Of a stretch of 48,553 bases of DNA, positions 15,961 to 25,209 are shown one piece after another; position 1 is the stretch's first letter, and each line of letters opens with the position of its first letter. This stretch comes from a virus. Both the position numbers and the translations under genes were made by a program. Under the pieces are notes generated by a model. That model saw only the letters and a list, made by a program, of their open reading frames with translations, had not been told where the DNA came from and searched no databases. The stretch covers positions 1 through 48,553 of the IMG/VR virus record IMGVR_UViG_3300045988_108834, one strand, 5' to 3'.

Positions 15961-17055
15961 TCAGGCGCCCGCACCGCTGGAGGCCAGAGTGCCCTCCGGA
16001 GCGATGAAAGCGGACTTAACGAGGTGGCGGATCTTCGTCCGGTAGGCGTCGTTCTCGAACGAACCCTCCAATTCGGAGCTGTTCGTAGTCTTCTCGACGA
16101 AGATCTTCGGCCCGGTCTCGCCCTCCAGGAACACATTGACGATGTTCTTGCGAGGCATCGTGCCCTTCGGGGGAAGGAGGAACCAGCACTTGTCGGCGTA
16201 ATCGCCGGCGATGAGCGCGAGCTCGGGGACCTCGTATACGTTCGCGACCTTCCCGGACACCGTGTTCCCCATCACCTGGGTCTCGGTGCCGTTCTGGCGG
16301 CGGATCTCGACGACCTTCATGATCTGCTCCGCACGGCTCGCCAGAGCCGGAGGCACGATCAGGTTGAACTTCGTCGGCATGATGATCCGACGGCCGTTGT
16401 ACTTGGTAGTGGCCAGCTGTGCGAAAGCCTTCTCAAGCGCCTCAATGCTCAGCTCGGGGTTGCCGGCCAGAACGTTCTTGTTAGCGGCCTTGAAGTTGGT
16501 CGTGTTGAGGCCCGTCGGCTGGACGAGCTGCAGGGCCGCCTCAATGGACTCCTGATTGGCAGCACGCCGGCCGAGTTCCTTCGTGATCCTGGGGATCAGG
16601 TTCCAGTCGGCGCCGTAGCGCTTCAGGGTCTCCCAGGAGAGCGGAATCTGGACGCCGGCCTTCGCCAGCTTCAGCTTGAACTGCTCTGCCTTCAGACCGA
16701 GGATCGGGTATTCGCCGAGCTCGCCGACAGCGGGCAGCCCCTGTGCGACATAACCCTTACCGTCCTTGCGGACCGGAACGTTGTCGTCGGTGAAGTCGAA
16801 GCTGAAGTAGGGCACGGTCTCGAAATCGGGGGTTTCGAGGGTGTCGGCCCACTCGCGCCAGTTGGACGGAACCTGCTCGTATTCGCCCTGCATGATCTTG
16901 TTCATGGTGGGGCCGAGGTTGACCGGCAGGTCCGACGTGGTGATGGCCTCGCTCAGGTCCTTGCGGGCCGAATTGCGCACACGGATGTCGTCCGCGTGAA
17001 GGGCCCTATGCAGCAGGATACCCGCTTTGTAGGCTTCCCTTTTGTTGATCGCCAT
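15961..17055 (-). CDS. Major capsid protein (HK97-fold)
   Basis: 364-aa ORF with an AAGGAGGA SD. It follows the scaffold and decoration genes and is followed by a terminator. Confidence 0.8.
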   Translation of the reverse strand: MAINKREAYKAGILLHRALHADDIRVRNSARKDLSEAITTSDLPVNLGPTMNKIMQGEYEQVPSNWREWADTLETPDFETVPYFSFDFTDDNVPVRKDGKGYVAQGLPAVGELGEYPILGLKAEQFKLKLAKAGVQIPLSWETLKRYGADWNLIPRITKELGRRAANQESIEAALQLVQPTGLNTTNFKAANKNVLAGNPELSIEALEKAFAQLATTKYNGRRIIMPTKFNLIVPPALASRAEQIMKVVEIRRQNGTETQVMGNTVSGKVANVYEVPELALIAGDYADKCWFLLPPKGTMPRKNIVNVFLEGETGPKIFVEKTTNSSELEGSFENDAYRTKIRHLVKSAFIAPEGTLASSGAGA

Positions 17056-17068
17056 GTAGATATCCTCC

Positions 17069-17431
17069 TTAGAGCCAAGCCTGGGTGAGCTTGACGGCGT
17101 ACTTGGTAGATGCGCTCGATATCGGGTTGAGCACGAAGCCGACGACGATCTTGCCCTTCGGGTCGGCCGCGATCTCAGGCTTGGCGGCCTTGCCGGACTC
17201 GGTGGCGCCGTCGATCGTCACGATATCCCCGACCTTGACGGTTCCGTCCAGCCCGAGGTGTGCGATGCCTTCGAAGGCGAGCGTCGAATAGAAGTTGTTG
17301 TCGTCCTTGGGTGCGGCGGAGGTGAGAGCAACGGCCCCGACCTTGCCAACGGCGACGACGTCGCCCGACTTGACGGCAGCATCCACCAGGACTTCGTATG
17401 TGTCCCCGCCCTTGACGTGATTCTGTCCCAT
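17069..17431 (-). CDS. Head decoration / DUF2190-like capsid accessory protein
   Basis: 120-aa Gly/Val/Ala-rich ORF between the scaffold and capsid genes. Confidence 0.5.
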   Translation of the reverse strand: MGQNHVKGGDTYEVLVDAAVKSGDVVAVGKVGAVALTSAAPKDDNNFYSTLAFEGIAHLGLDGTVKVGDIVTIDGATESGKAAKPEIAADPKGKIVVGFVLNPISSASTKYAVKLTQAWL

Positions 17432-17444
17432 GTGCGTATCCTCC

Positions 17445-18407
17445 TTACCAGGTCAGCTTAGCGAATTCGGCTTCGAAGTCGTCGGCGCCCTTACCGGAAG
17501 GCACATGCTCGGGGGCGAAGCCGCCCGTCAGGCTCTCGCGGATAGACTCGACGAGCTTGGTCTCGCGGTCGAGGATTGCCTTAGCATCGTAACCGCGGGC
17601 GATAGCCTCGGCAACCCGCACACGGGAAACCTCGGGAAGGTCGGAATCGGTGAGAGCAAGGATGGCCTCCTTAGCCTTCTTGGCCTTGTCCTCTTCTTCC
17701 TCCTTGGCCTTCTTGGCGTCCTCTTCGTCCTCTTCGTCCTTCTTCTTAGCCTTGTCGGCGAGGGCTTCGACGAGAGCGGAGAGTTTAGTGTCCAGGGCCT
17801 CAAGGGCCTCCTTGAACTCTTTGTCCATTCTCTTCCTTTCGGAATTGTGTTTGTTGCTACCGTCCATAATAGCATTTCCGTTTTTGAACGATTCCAGCGC
17901 CTCGACGAGGCGCCCGCCGGCACCGGGAACTGTGACGAAGTCCACGGAATTAACGGGGGATGGTATGAACGACTCTATCATAGGCGGCGTGGGCTCACCT
18001 GCCGTCACGAGGCCGTCGTCCTGCACCAGCGTCGCACCGCAGTGAATCGACACGCCGATGATATCCGACACCTGCTCGATGAAAGGCGCCCACTGCTCGA
18101 CCACTTCGATCGTCGCGTACATCCCGGGCTCCGGCGCATCTTGCCAGTGGGGTGTCTCGGCGATCACAGCCGCCAACTTCGTCAACGTTCCCTCGGGGCG
18201 CTCATAGGTCTCAACCTCGGTCGCATGGTCGATGTACATGTGCGTGCCGACGGGGAACGCCTCGGCGAAACTGCCCTGCAGCGCTTCCTTCGTATAGACA
18301 CCGGTAGAGCCCTGGCCCTCGGCTACGAGTCGCACAAGCCACTTGCGTGTGCCCTTAATGGGTTTTAGAACGCTGGTGTTCGTGCTCTCATTGATCTTCA
18401 TCTTCAT
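17445..18407 (-). CDS. Scaffolding protein (possibly with a protease-like N-terminal domain)
   Basis: ATG 18407 follows AAGGAGAC. The central run KKKDEEDEEDAKKAKEEEEDKAKKAKE is a charged coiled coil. The gene lies between the portal and capsid genes. Confidence 0.6.
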   Translation of the reverse strand: MKMKINESTNTSVLKPIKGTRKWLVRLVAEGQGSTGVYTKEALQGSFAEAFPVGTHMYIDHATEVETYERPEGTLTKLAAVIAETPHWQDAPEPGMYATIEVVEQWAPFIEQVSDIIGVSIHCGATLVQDDGLVTAGEPTPPMIESFIPSPVNSVDFVTVPGAGGRLVEALESFKNGNAIMDGSNKHNSERKRMDKEFKEALEALDTKLSALVEALADKAKKKDEEDEEDAKKAKEEEEDKAKKAKEAILALTDSDLPEVSRVRVAEAIARGYDAKAILDRETKLVESIRESLTGGFAPEHVPSGKGADDFEAEFAKLTW

Positions 18408-19785
18408 TTTCAGTGTCTCCTTGGTTGAAACCGCCGGGGACGGCGCCCTGGTTACCTTGGCGTGCCACCGGGTCACGCACAGCGTCTCCGTCGTCTCCAC
18501 CTGACACATTACCACTCTTCAGAAAATCGTTCGGCTCAGGCAGCTCATCGCCGTGAATATCGGGCACAGCGAGTAGGTTGAGCACCGCCTGACGGTACTC
18601 GTCTTGGTGGATGGCCCCGGTGGACATAGACGTAGCAAGCGACTGCAACGCCCTATAGGTCGGGTCTTGTTCGATCGACGGGAACTTGATGTCCACGTCT
18701 TTCACCGACGGATCCACATCCATCATCACTTGCTTGAAGAAGTCCCTCCACTTGCGCTGCTCCAACTTGAAGCCGTTTATCGTCGGCCTATCCAGCGTCG
18801 TCGCAGCCCCGTACGATCCGCCCGTCGCGCCAGGAGACGACAGCAGAGCGATGACCGGGATCCCGAACGATGCAGCCACAAGCGCCGCCAGGGGCTGGCC
18901 GTTCCCGTAGTTGACCTGTGCGCTCGGAACCCCCACACCAGCCAGAGACTGATTGGGACCCAAGCTCGCCGTAGCTCCGACCACGTCGCCGCGGTTCGAT
19001 ATCTCCACAGCCGATTGTCTCTTGCCCTGGTTGTTGCTGTTGACGATCGCCCATGCGATCTTCGACAGTGCCTTCGACAGTCTAGCGCTGTCCCGCAGAT
19101 AACCCGAGTAGGCGACGCTCCACAGCGCGGCAGCCAACGAATCAGGCGCCCCGAACGCATGCCCCGCATGCCGGCCCGACGACAGAATGTACACGACGTA
19201 GTTGCCGTTCACCTCGTAGGCTGTGTTCGGCGGCTTCCTCAATCGCTGTACACTCCGCCTATACTCGGCTGTCGGGAACCACTGACTGATCGTGTTCTGC
19301 CCGTCCGGGGTCCATGTGCGACGCACATACTTCACTACGGACGAATCGAACGAATCCCGGACGATCTCCTCGATCTCCTCCACGGGCACCAGCGTCAGCT
19401 TGTCGGTATGCACCTCACGGAACAAGAACACGTTCCCCGCACAGAACCTTTCCAAGTTCAGGCTCTCCATCGCCGAAGCGGAGAACAGCGTCCTCTGCGC
19501 CGACTCCGACTTGATAAACTTGTCCAGCTTCGCAGACGTGTCGCTGAACACCAAGTCGTCGCCGAAAATGTAGCTGGTCCTCAGCTGTGCTCCGCGCTTA
19601 TGCAGCGGGTGATCCCGGGCCATGTCCCTCAGGCCGCGCACAACCTCATGAATAAAAGCCAGCGTCAGGCCCTTGTCGTCAGCGTAGCTGACCCAGTTGG
19701 CACCCTCGTCGAGGAGGTAGGACCTCTGCGCTTCGTTGATGAACGCAATACCCTCGTCGCTAAACGAGTATGCGGTTGAATCCAA
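18388..19785 (-). CDS. Portal protein
   Basis: 465-aa ORF immediately after the large terminase gene. Confidence 0.8.
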   Translation of the reverse strand: MDSTAYSFSDEGIAFINEAQRSYLLDEGANWVSYADDKGLTLAFIHEVVRGLRDMARDHPLHKRGAQLRTSYIFGDDLVFSDTSAKLDKFIKSESAQRTLFSASAMESLNLERFCAGNVFLFREVHTDKLTLVPVEEIEEIVRDSFDSSVVKYVRRTWTPDGQNTISQWFPTAEYRRSVQRLRKPPNTAYEVNGNYVVYILSSGRHAGHAFGAPDSLAAALWSVAYSGYLRDSARLSKALSKIAWAIVNSNNQGKRQSAVEISNRGDVVGATASLGPNQSLAGVGVPSAQVNYGNGQPLAALVAASFGIPVIALLSSPGATGGSYGAATTLDRPTINGFKLEQRKWRDFFKQVMMDVDPSVKDVDIKFPSIEQDPTYRALQSLATSMSTGAIHQDEYRQAVLNLLAVPDIHGDELPEPNDFLKSGNVSGGDDGDAVRDPVARQGNQGAVPGGFNQGDTENEDEDQ

Positions 19786-21313
19786 AAGTCTCCCCCATTT
19801 CCATTAGGTAGCTGTCTTCGTCGTCATCCATCATGTCCCCCGCGTCGGAGAACACGGTCTCCTGCTGGACGGCGTCCCGTATGTTCTGGTCTGTTATCGC
19901 AGCATACACTGCGGCGTCAGCTAAGTCAGGAGACTTGCCGACATCCTTCTTCAACTTGTCTTTCGAGTCCAGGACAAGCCCGCCGGACATCGTATTATAC
20001 GAGTAGCCAACAGATAGCAGCTCGTCGTGCAGGTCGATATCCAACGGGTCCAGATCCAACTCTCCCGTGCGGCACCTGTACCGGAACGAATCCCACATGT
20101 AGGAGCGGTAGTTATGCCAACGGCCCCTGTCCGGGCTCGACATAGACCCGCGCACAGCCAGAATGTCGTACGTCCGGGTCGCATACGAGTTGAGGATGTC
20201 GAACATGCCGCCCCCGATACCGTCGCAGTCGATCGCCACGGCGTGTGCGCCCTCACGCAGGGCCAAGTCGTGCACACGTTGTGCGCTGTGCACCAGGTCT
20301 GTCTTCGCCCAGGAATCCACGAAGCGCACAACCCCGTTCACGCACAGGTACACCACGGAGCGGTCCGCGCCGAACCGCGCCACATCCACACCCAAAACGG
20401 GCCGGCCGATCCGCTCCCTCTCCGTCAAACACGCCTTCTCCACGTCGCCAGGCAGAATCAGCGAATCCTCGATGTCGAAAGCGAACTCGCCCAGGACGCG
20501 CGCCTTGAACCGGGCGCTGTCCTCCCCATATTCCAGTTTCTTCTGCTCCACGTAGGACGGCCCGGTAAGCTTCTGCAGCACCTTCGGCGGCATAGGCTCG
20601 CCTGTGAAGTTCGGACTCTCCAGGACTGAGATGGACATGCGCTTCCAGTTCTCCATCTCCTCCTTGAAGATCTTCCCAAGGTAGCTCATCGGGTCCGTGG
20701 GGTTCGCGATCAGCACACGACGAGACGCCTCGTTCGTCGTAATGTTCGCCAGGGCGTCGATCAGCTCGCCCGACAGGCCGCAGGCCTCGTCGCCGATCGC
20801 CAACACGTCGCCGTGGATGCCCTGGAATGAGTTGCCGCCTAGGTTGTCCGGCGGCTTCCTGCCGCGGCCCAGCGGGAGCTTCGTCACGTCGTCCTTCCAC
20901 TGCACGTCCATCGTGATGCGCCCCGGGAGCTTATGGTCGACAAGTCCCTCCTCGAAACGCCGCTCCACGATGTCCTTCAGCTGCATCACTTCGCGCCACA
21001 GCACATCCTGCACCTGCGCCATCGACGGGGCCGTCGAGATCACATAACAGTGCGGGTAGCGGGTGTCCACCCACCAGCATATGAGAACAGCCATCAGTCG
21101 GGACTTTCCCACGCCGTGACCGGCCTTCACCGCCGTCGAGTTGTTCTCCACCACAGCCCGAGCGATCTCCCGCTGCTTGCTCCACAGGGTTCCCTCGTCT
21201 GTGCCCAGCATGTACTGAGCCCATCCCACGGGATCCGACTTGAAGCTGTCCTGCCTCCTGTGCGCCTTGACGGTGGCGATAGCGCTGTCGATCGCGCTAG
21301 CTTTGATCAGCAT
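19760..21313 (-). CDS. terL: Terminase large subunit
   Basis: 517 aa with Walker A VKAGHGVGKS, plus a C-terminal nuclease-like region containing conserved Asp residues. Confidence 0.9.
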   Translation of the reverse strand: MLIKASAIDSAIATVKAHRRQDSFKSDPVGWAQYMLGTDEGTLWSKQREIARAVVENNSTAVKAGHGVGKSRLMAVLICWWVDTRYPHCYVISTAPSMAQVQDVLWREVMQLKDIVERRFEEGLVDHKLPGRITMDVQWKDDVTKLPLGRGRKPPDNLGGNSFQGIHGDVLAIGDEACGLSGELIDALANITTNEASRRVLIANPTDPMSYLGKIFKEEMENWKRMSISVLESPNFTGEPMPPKVLQKLTGPSYVEQKKLEYGEDSARFKARVLGEFAFDIEDSLILPGDVEKACLTERERIGRPVLGVDVARFGADRSVVYLCVNGVVRFVDSWAKTDLVHSAQRVHDLALREGAHAVAIDCDGIGGGMFDILNSYATRTYDILAVRGSMSSPDRGRWHNYRSYMWDSFRYRCRTGELDLDPLDIDLHDELLSVGYSYNTMSGGLVLDSKDKLKKDVGKSPDLADAAVYAAITDQNIRDAVQQETVFSDAGDMMDDDEDSYLMEMGETFGFNRILV

Positions 21314-21899
21314 GGGCCTCCTTCAGCGCCTGATAGAACACTTCGTCCATCGCCTCCGGGTCGAGCAGCTGGCCGTTCGAATATGCGCTTGCTATATATG
21401 TGCGCACACGCTCCCAGGCATCCTCCACCAGGTCGAGGATCAGCCGGGTCTGCTGCTTCGTCACCCGAGCCTCTTCCTCGTCGTTGTATTCCTTCACCTT
21501 GTCCAAGCGGTCGCCGAGCTGCTTCAAGACGCTGTTGACCGCTTCGATGTGCCGAGCCGCTACCTCGTCCGACTCGAAGCACTTCTCCAGGAAGTTAAAA
21601 GCGCGCGTCTTCAAGTCGTACATGTCGGCGATCAGCATCTGTTGACGTTCGAGGTTCGTCCACACGTCGTTGCGCTTCAGCAGGGATCGCACACGGGATA
21701 GGCACGTCTCAGCAGGCAGGCCGAGCTCTTCGGACATCTCGGAGGGGCTGGCCCCCGCCTGTGCGAGGGTGAGCAGCCTCCTGTCGTCCATCGCAAGCTC
21801 GCCGGTTGACTTTTGGATAGCGAAGCGATCCCGGTCGTTCTTCACGATCGCCTTAGCAGCCGGCTGCTGTGTCTTCTTTTTCTTCTTGTTTTCAGCCAT
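21297..21899 (-). CDS. terS: Terminase small subunit
   Basis: ATG 21899 overlaps the upstream stop (TGATG). It has a Lys-rich N-terminus and an HTH-like stretch (LAQAGASPSEMSEELGLPAETCLSRV), and sits directly upstream of terL. Confidence 0.65.
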   Translation of the reverse strand: MAENKKKKKTQQPAAKAIVKNDRDRFAIQKSTGELAMDDRRLLTLAQAGASPSEMSEELGLPAETCLSRVRSLLKRNDVWTNLERQQMLIADMYDLKTRAFNFLEKCFESDEVAARHIEAVNSVLKQLGDRLDKVKEYNDEEEARVTKQQTRLILDLVEDAWERVRTYIASAYSNGQLLDPEAMDEVFYQALKEAHADQS

Positions 21900-22183
21900 C
21901 ACAGGTCCCTGTGGCGGAGCACCACCGGCGCCGCCAGCGGGTCGCACACCTTAACTGTAGGCTTGGCGTTGCCCGCTACGTTCACTGTGACGCAGAACGT
22001 GCCCTCCATCGTGTCGAGCGACGTCACCTTCGTATCGTCGGCGCCGGCGAACACCGTCAGGTACACAGCCCGCACGCTCTCAGGCAGCGCTATATCCAGG
22101 TCAAGGTTGGGCAGCGTGCCGCTGAGCGCCGCAATTGGCCCGTTGTCGTCTGCTAAGCGGCTCGTTTGAACATCGATTCTCAT
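21899..22183 (-). CDS. Hypothetical protein (first gene of the late operon)
   Basis: 94-aa ORF with a GAGGGAG SD, coupled to terS. Confidence 0.5.
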   Translation of the reverse strand: MRIDVQTSRLADDNGPIAALSGTLPNLDLDIALPESVRAVYLTVFAGADDTKVTSLDTMEGTFCVTVNVAGNAKPTVKVCDPLAAPVVLRHRDL

Positions 22184-22234
22184 GTAACTCCCTCTCTAGT
22201 CAGGCTTAAGAGGAATAATACCATGCGCACAGCA

Positions 22235-22270
22235 GACCCCGCCGGGGCATAACGCTCACCCGGCGGGGTC
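22235..22270 (-). terminator. Intrinsic terminator after folA
   Basis: 12-bp perfect stem GACCCCGCCGGG / CCCGGCGGGGTC with a 12-nt loop. Confidence 0.65.
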
Positions 22271-22285
22271 CTGAGAGAAAGGAGC

Positions 22286-22819
22286 TTACCTGAACACCTT
22301 AACATACTTCTGCAGGCGGCGTCTAGGGCCGGCGATGTGGTCGTACAGCAGCACCCAGCGGTCGTCTAATACGGGAGCCCACGTCACCTCGTCCTGTGCG
22401 GTGATCGGCTGTATCTCGTCGTCTACATTCAACACCGACACGTAAGCGTCCAACCTGAAGGGTATCTTGTTAAGGTCGTGGGCTTTAATGAAAGCCTGGA
22501 ATGTTTCGTGCCCACCGATAACCCACAGCTCGTCTTGGTCGTTGTGCGCGGTTTGCTCTATCGCCGCATAGGAGCTTGCCACCGCCTTGACCGTCTTGGT
22601 CGACTTCATGTTTTTGCTCAACACAATATTCGTCCTGTTAGGCAGTTTCTTGTTGCGTTGAGGCAATGACTCCCGGGTCTTCCGACCCATGACTATAACT
22701 TTGTTAGTCGTCATGTCCTTGAAGTGTTGTAGGTCGCCTCGGTCATGCCACGGCAACTTCCCGTTGACCCCGATGATCCCAGACGTCGACTGCGCCCAAA
22801 TGAAATGCACGTGAAACAT
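22286..22819 (-). CDS. folA: Dihydrofolate reductase
   Basis: IWAQSTSGIIGVNGKLPW..DLQHFK..T..KVIVMGRKT matches the conserved DHFR N-terminal core. The size is 177 aa. Confidence 0.9.
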   Translation of the reverse strand: MFHVHFIWAQSTSGIIGVNGKLPWHDRGDLQHFKDMTTNKVIVMGRKTRESLPQRNKKLPNRTNIVLSKNMKSTKTVKAVASSYAAIEQTAHNDQDELWVIGGHETFQAFIKAHDLNKIPFRLDAYVSVLNVDDEIQPITAQDEVTWAPVLDDRWVLLYDHIAGPRRRLQKYVKVFR

Positions 22820-22861
22820 TGTGTCTCTCCTCCCGTGTGCGGCGTATTAGCTGATATGAGG

Positions 22862-22891
22862 ACTCTAGCAGTGCAAGGCTAGTGTGCGCAA
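22862..22891 (-). promoter_or_regulatory. Candidate promoter for folA
   Basis: On the minus strand: TTGCGC, 18 bp, TAGAGT. Confidence 0.4.
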
Positions 22892-22893
22892 AC

Positions 22894-22922
22894 TTGACTT
22901 CCGCCCGTATTCGAGTTACAGT
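22894..22922 (+). promoter_or_regulatory. Sigma-70/SigA-like promoter for the rightward island
   Basis: TTGACT (22894-22899), 17 bp, TACAGT (22917-22922). Confidence 0.55.
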
Positions 22923-22960
22923 CAAGCCATCGAACCACCGGACTAGAGAAAGGACTTCAC

Positions 22961-23170
22961 ATGCTTCTTTACTTCATCGCCGTCCCCGTCGCATTCCTCG
23001 TCGCACAGGGGTTCTGGACCCTCATCGCCTACATCGTCACGTGGTGCGGCTTCCCCAAGGCCGGCTCCGTCGTCTTCTGGGTCTCCCTCGCATTCACGTC
23101 CCTCGGGGTCATCTCAGCCCTCGCCGCCTTCGCGTGGACCCAGCACCAGCTCAACCTCATCGCGGCTTGA
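22961..23170 (+). CDS. Small membrane protein (2 TM), opposite-strand moron-like gene
   Basis: ATG follows AGAGAAAGGA. The 69-aa product is almost entirely hydrophobic. Confidence 0.65.
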   Translation: MLLYFIAVPVAFLVAQGFWTLIAYIVTWCGFPKAGSVVFWVSLAFTSLGVISALAAFAWTQHQLNLIAA

Positions 23171-23195
23171 CAACCCTGCGTTGAGGATATATACT
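23167..23195 (+). promoter_or_regulatory. Near-consensus promoter
   Basis: TTGACA (23167-23172, containing the TGA stop of the preceding gene), 17 bp, TATACT (23190-23195). Confidence 0.55.
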
Positions 23196-23230
23196 GTTTT
23201 CGCACAGTAATTCAACAGAGAGGAGAAAAC

Positions 23231-23314
23231 ATGTTTTCATGGAACCTGATCGGACGGATGTTCGCCAGTTGGTACGGAACCTGCCGCCTGTGGGGTAGGA
23301 CCTGGATCTGTTAG
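23231..23314 (+). CDS. Micro-ORF, 27 aa, Trp-rich (MFSWNLIGRMFASWYGTCRLWGRTWIC)
   Basis: ATG follows AGAGAGGAGAAAAC. It lies between a strong promoter and a terminator. This could equally be a small RNA locus. Confidence 0.3.
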   Translation: MFSWNLIGRMFASWYGTCRLWGRTWIC

Positions 23315-23369
23315 TCACCGCAGTCCGGCTCGACAACGCCGTCTGCGACGTGTAAACTGAAGATATAAA

Positions 23370-23408
23370 GACCCCCGACGTTTCCCGGAATGGGACGCGA
23401 CGGGGGTC
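23370..23408. terminator. Bidirectional terminator between the rightward island and the holin gene
   Basis: GACCCCCG / CGGGGGTC stem, extended by CG/CG, with T-rich flanks on both strands. Confidence 0.6.
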
Positions 23409-23424
23409 CTTCTTATGCTGTGCG

Positions 23425-23862
23425 TTACTTATTCGGCGTTGTCGCCAGGAACGGCACTATCTTGTGGAGGAAGCGGTCCACGGGCTTAGTATTGAGCAGC
23501 CACTGTGCGCACACGGTCACCAGCCCCCACACTGTCGCCGTGATCGTGTCCGCCAGGCCCGCAGGCAGAGTGATACCCACCTTGGCGCCCCACGCAGCCA
23601 GTACGCCGATAAGGCTGACCACGAACGTCCGGATGACCGACCGCGCCTTGTGCTGTATCTGCGTCGGCACGAGCTCGTCGAAGTGGTAGGCGTTCTTCCG
23701 GTTAGGGTCCGCCAGCCCGCCGTCCCCCTGGGGCAGGCCCCCCGTCTCCACGGTGTGCGCAGCCGCGGCGAACGCCGCTTCCTTCTGCTCGTCCGTCAGC
23801 GTGGGGGTATCCAGGTGCTTGGGTCCTGTAGGCGCCGGAGTCGGCTCGATGGGCGTGGTCAC
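23425..23862 (-). CDS. Holin-like membrane protein
   Basis: GTG start overlaps the endolysin stop (GTGA). Two C-terminal TM segments (TFVVSLIGVLAAWGAKV and ITATVWGLVTVCAQWLL) are present. It is adjacent to the endolysin gene. Confidence 0.6.
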   Translation of the reverse strand: MTTPIEPTPAPTGPKHLDTPTLTDEQKEAAFAAAAHTVETGGLPQGDGGLADPNRKNAYHFDELVPTQIQHKARSVIRTFVVSLIGVLAAWGAKVGITLPAGLADTITATVWGLVTVCAQWLLNTKPVDRFLHKIVPFLATTPNK

Positions 23863-24653
23863 TTATCCCCCTTCTTCCGTGCAAGCGTGTTCTGGATGTC
23901 GTTTAGCTTGTTGATCGTCTCCTCAAGCGCGGCGTGGCTCGCAGCCGGGTAGCCGAACCCGTAGCCCGGCACCGTCAGGTCGGTCGCGATCCTGTTCACC
24001 GTCGCCGTCATAGAATCCACGGCCTGCGTCAGGTTGGCCGCCACCTCCTTCAGTTCCGCGATGGAATTCTGCGTCGCCTGGGGGTAGCCGAAGCCCTGGC
24101 TCGGCACCTTGATGTTCTCGTACAGCCAGCTGAGCATGTTGTGCTCGTCAGGTGTCAACTCGTCTCCTTTACTGGTGTTGTCATTGTCCTGTGTATCGCC
24201 GATATAGCGCTTGACGATGATGATCGTCGCCGAGCCCGTCAGGGACCGGTCCGACAGCGAGTGCAATCTGGGCCCACGGCCCGGGCCTCCGTGCCCCCAC
24301 GTGTACATGCCCCCGGCATAGAGCTCCACATGGGATATGCGGCCGGCGAAGGGGCCCGAATGCCAGCCCATGCAGATGATATCCGCCGGCTTCAGATCAC
24401 TGAGGGGTAGATCTCGCCAACTCGTCGCCGACGCCACAGTATACGCGTCCGGGTCCGACGCTATGTTGAAACTCCGCTCGCCTATCTCTATCCCAGCACA
24501 CTGCCGGTAGGCCTGCGCTATGGTGCTGGAGCAATCCCCCCAACCGTAGCGCTCCGGGTCCTTTCGGCGGTAGTCGTTCGTATAGCCGAAGTCACCGTCG
24601 TGCTTCGCCATCCACGCCACAATGGCGTTACGCTGCACGTCAGCCTGCGTCAT
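23859..24653 (-). CDS. Endolysin, NlpC/P60 cysteine peptidase domain plus a C-terminal duplicated GFGYP repeat region
   Basis: The GWGDCSSTIAQAY catalytic Cys context and the downstream HVELY His fit NlpC/P60. The C-terminus carries two copies of VP(S/G)xGFGYPxA. Confidence 0.8.
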   Translation of the reverse strand: MTQADVQRNAIVAWMAKHDGDFGYTNDYRRKDPERYGWGDCSSTIAQAYRQCAGIEIGERSFNIASDPDAYTVASATSWRDLPLSDLKPADIICMGWHSGPFAGRISHVELYAGGMYTWGHGGPGRGPRLHSLSDRSLTGSATIIIVKRYIGDTQDNDNTSKGDELTPDEHNMLSWLYENIKVPSQGFGYPQATQNSIAELKEVAANLTQAVDSMTATVNRIATDLTVPGYGFGYPAASHAALEETINKLNDIQNTLARKKGDK

Positions 24654-25209
24654 CCGTCTCCTTCCTTTTAGCTAGAAGTGCTTTCACCTCAGTATACGGC
24701 ACGAAACTAGCTCGGTCCGGCCGCGGACTGTGCGCCGGGATCTTACGGTTGCGGAGGAAGTCGTAGCCTTCGCCAGGCTGCAGCCGCACAGGGGTCGTCG
24801 TATAGTCGTTCGACAACCGGAATTCCACCCAGCTGTCTTCCATGTGGCGCACAGCGTAGGGGTATCGACGCAGAAGCGGGTCGTCGTTGCCAGGGACAAT
24901 GCGCCATGCCGCATCGATCAGCGACTTGAGTGCGGCCAACTGCACGCTGAATTCCTCTATCTCGTCTGAGAATTCCCCCCTAGATATAGCGGCCCCGTCG
25001 TGCGTCGGTATCGGCGGGTTGAACCCACACAGCGAGCGGCACGCCGGACTGTAATGCGGTTCGTAGATAGAGGAGTCCCTGTTGTACATCGGTGGCCTGC
25101 CCGCCTCTTGCGCCAGGTAGGCGTCATAGAAGCCGTACGTCAAGCCGTCTAGATATTTCGGGTCGTAGTCCCGTTTGGATGTAGGGCTCTCTTCCATGGC
25201 TAGAACCAT
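24640..25209 (-). CDS. Hypothetical protein in the lysis cassette
   Basis: ATG 25209 (or 25197) lies at the stop of the upstream gene. I recognise no motif. Confidence 0.5.
   Translation of the reverse strand: MVLAMEESPTSKRDYDPKYLDGLTYGFYDAYLAQEAGRPPMYNRDSSIYEPHYSPACRSLCGFNPPIPTHDGAAISRGEFSDEIEEFSVQLAALKSLIDAAWRIVPGNDDPLLRRYPYAVRHMEDSWVEFRLSNDYTTTPVRLQPGEGYDFLRNRKIPAHSPRPDRASFVPYTEVKALLAKRKETDDAG

Noticed and set aside
22184-22234. Late promoter upstream of the terminase operon (extended -10-like TGGTATTAT)
   Set aside because: There is no matching -35, and it does not resemble the TTGAC-N17/18-TAGAxT family seen elsewhere. Late transcription may need an activator or read-through. The evidence is too weak to annotate.
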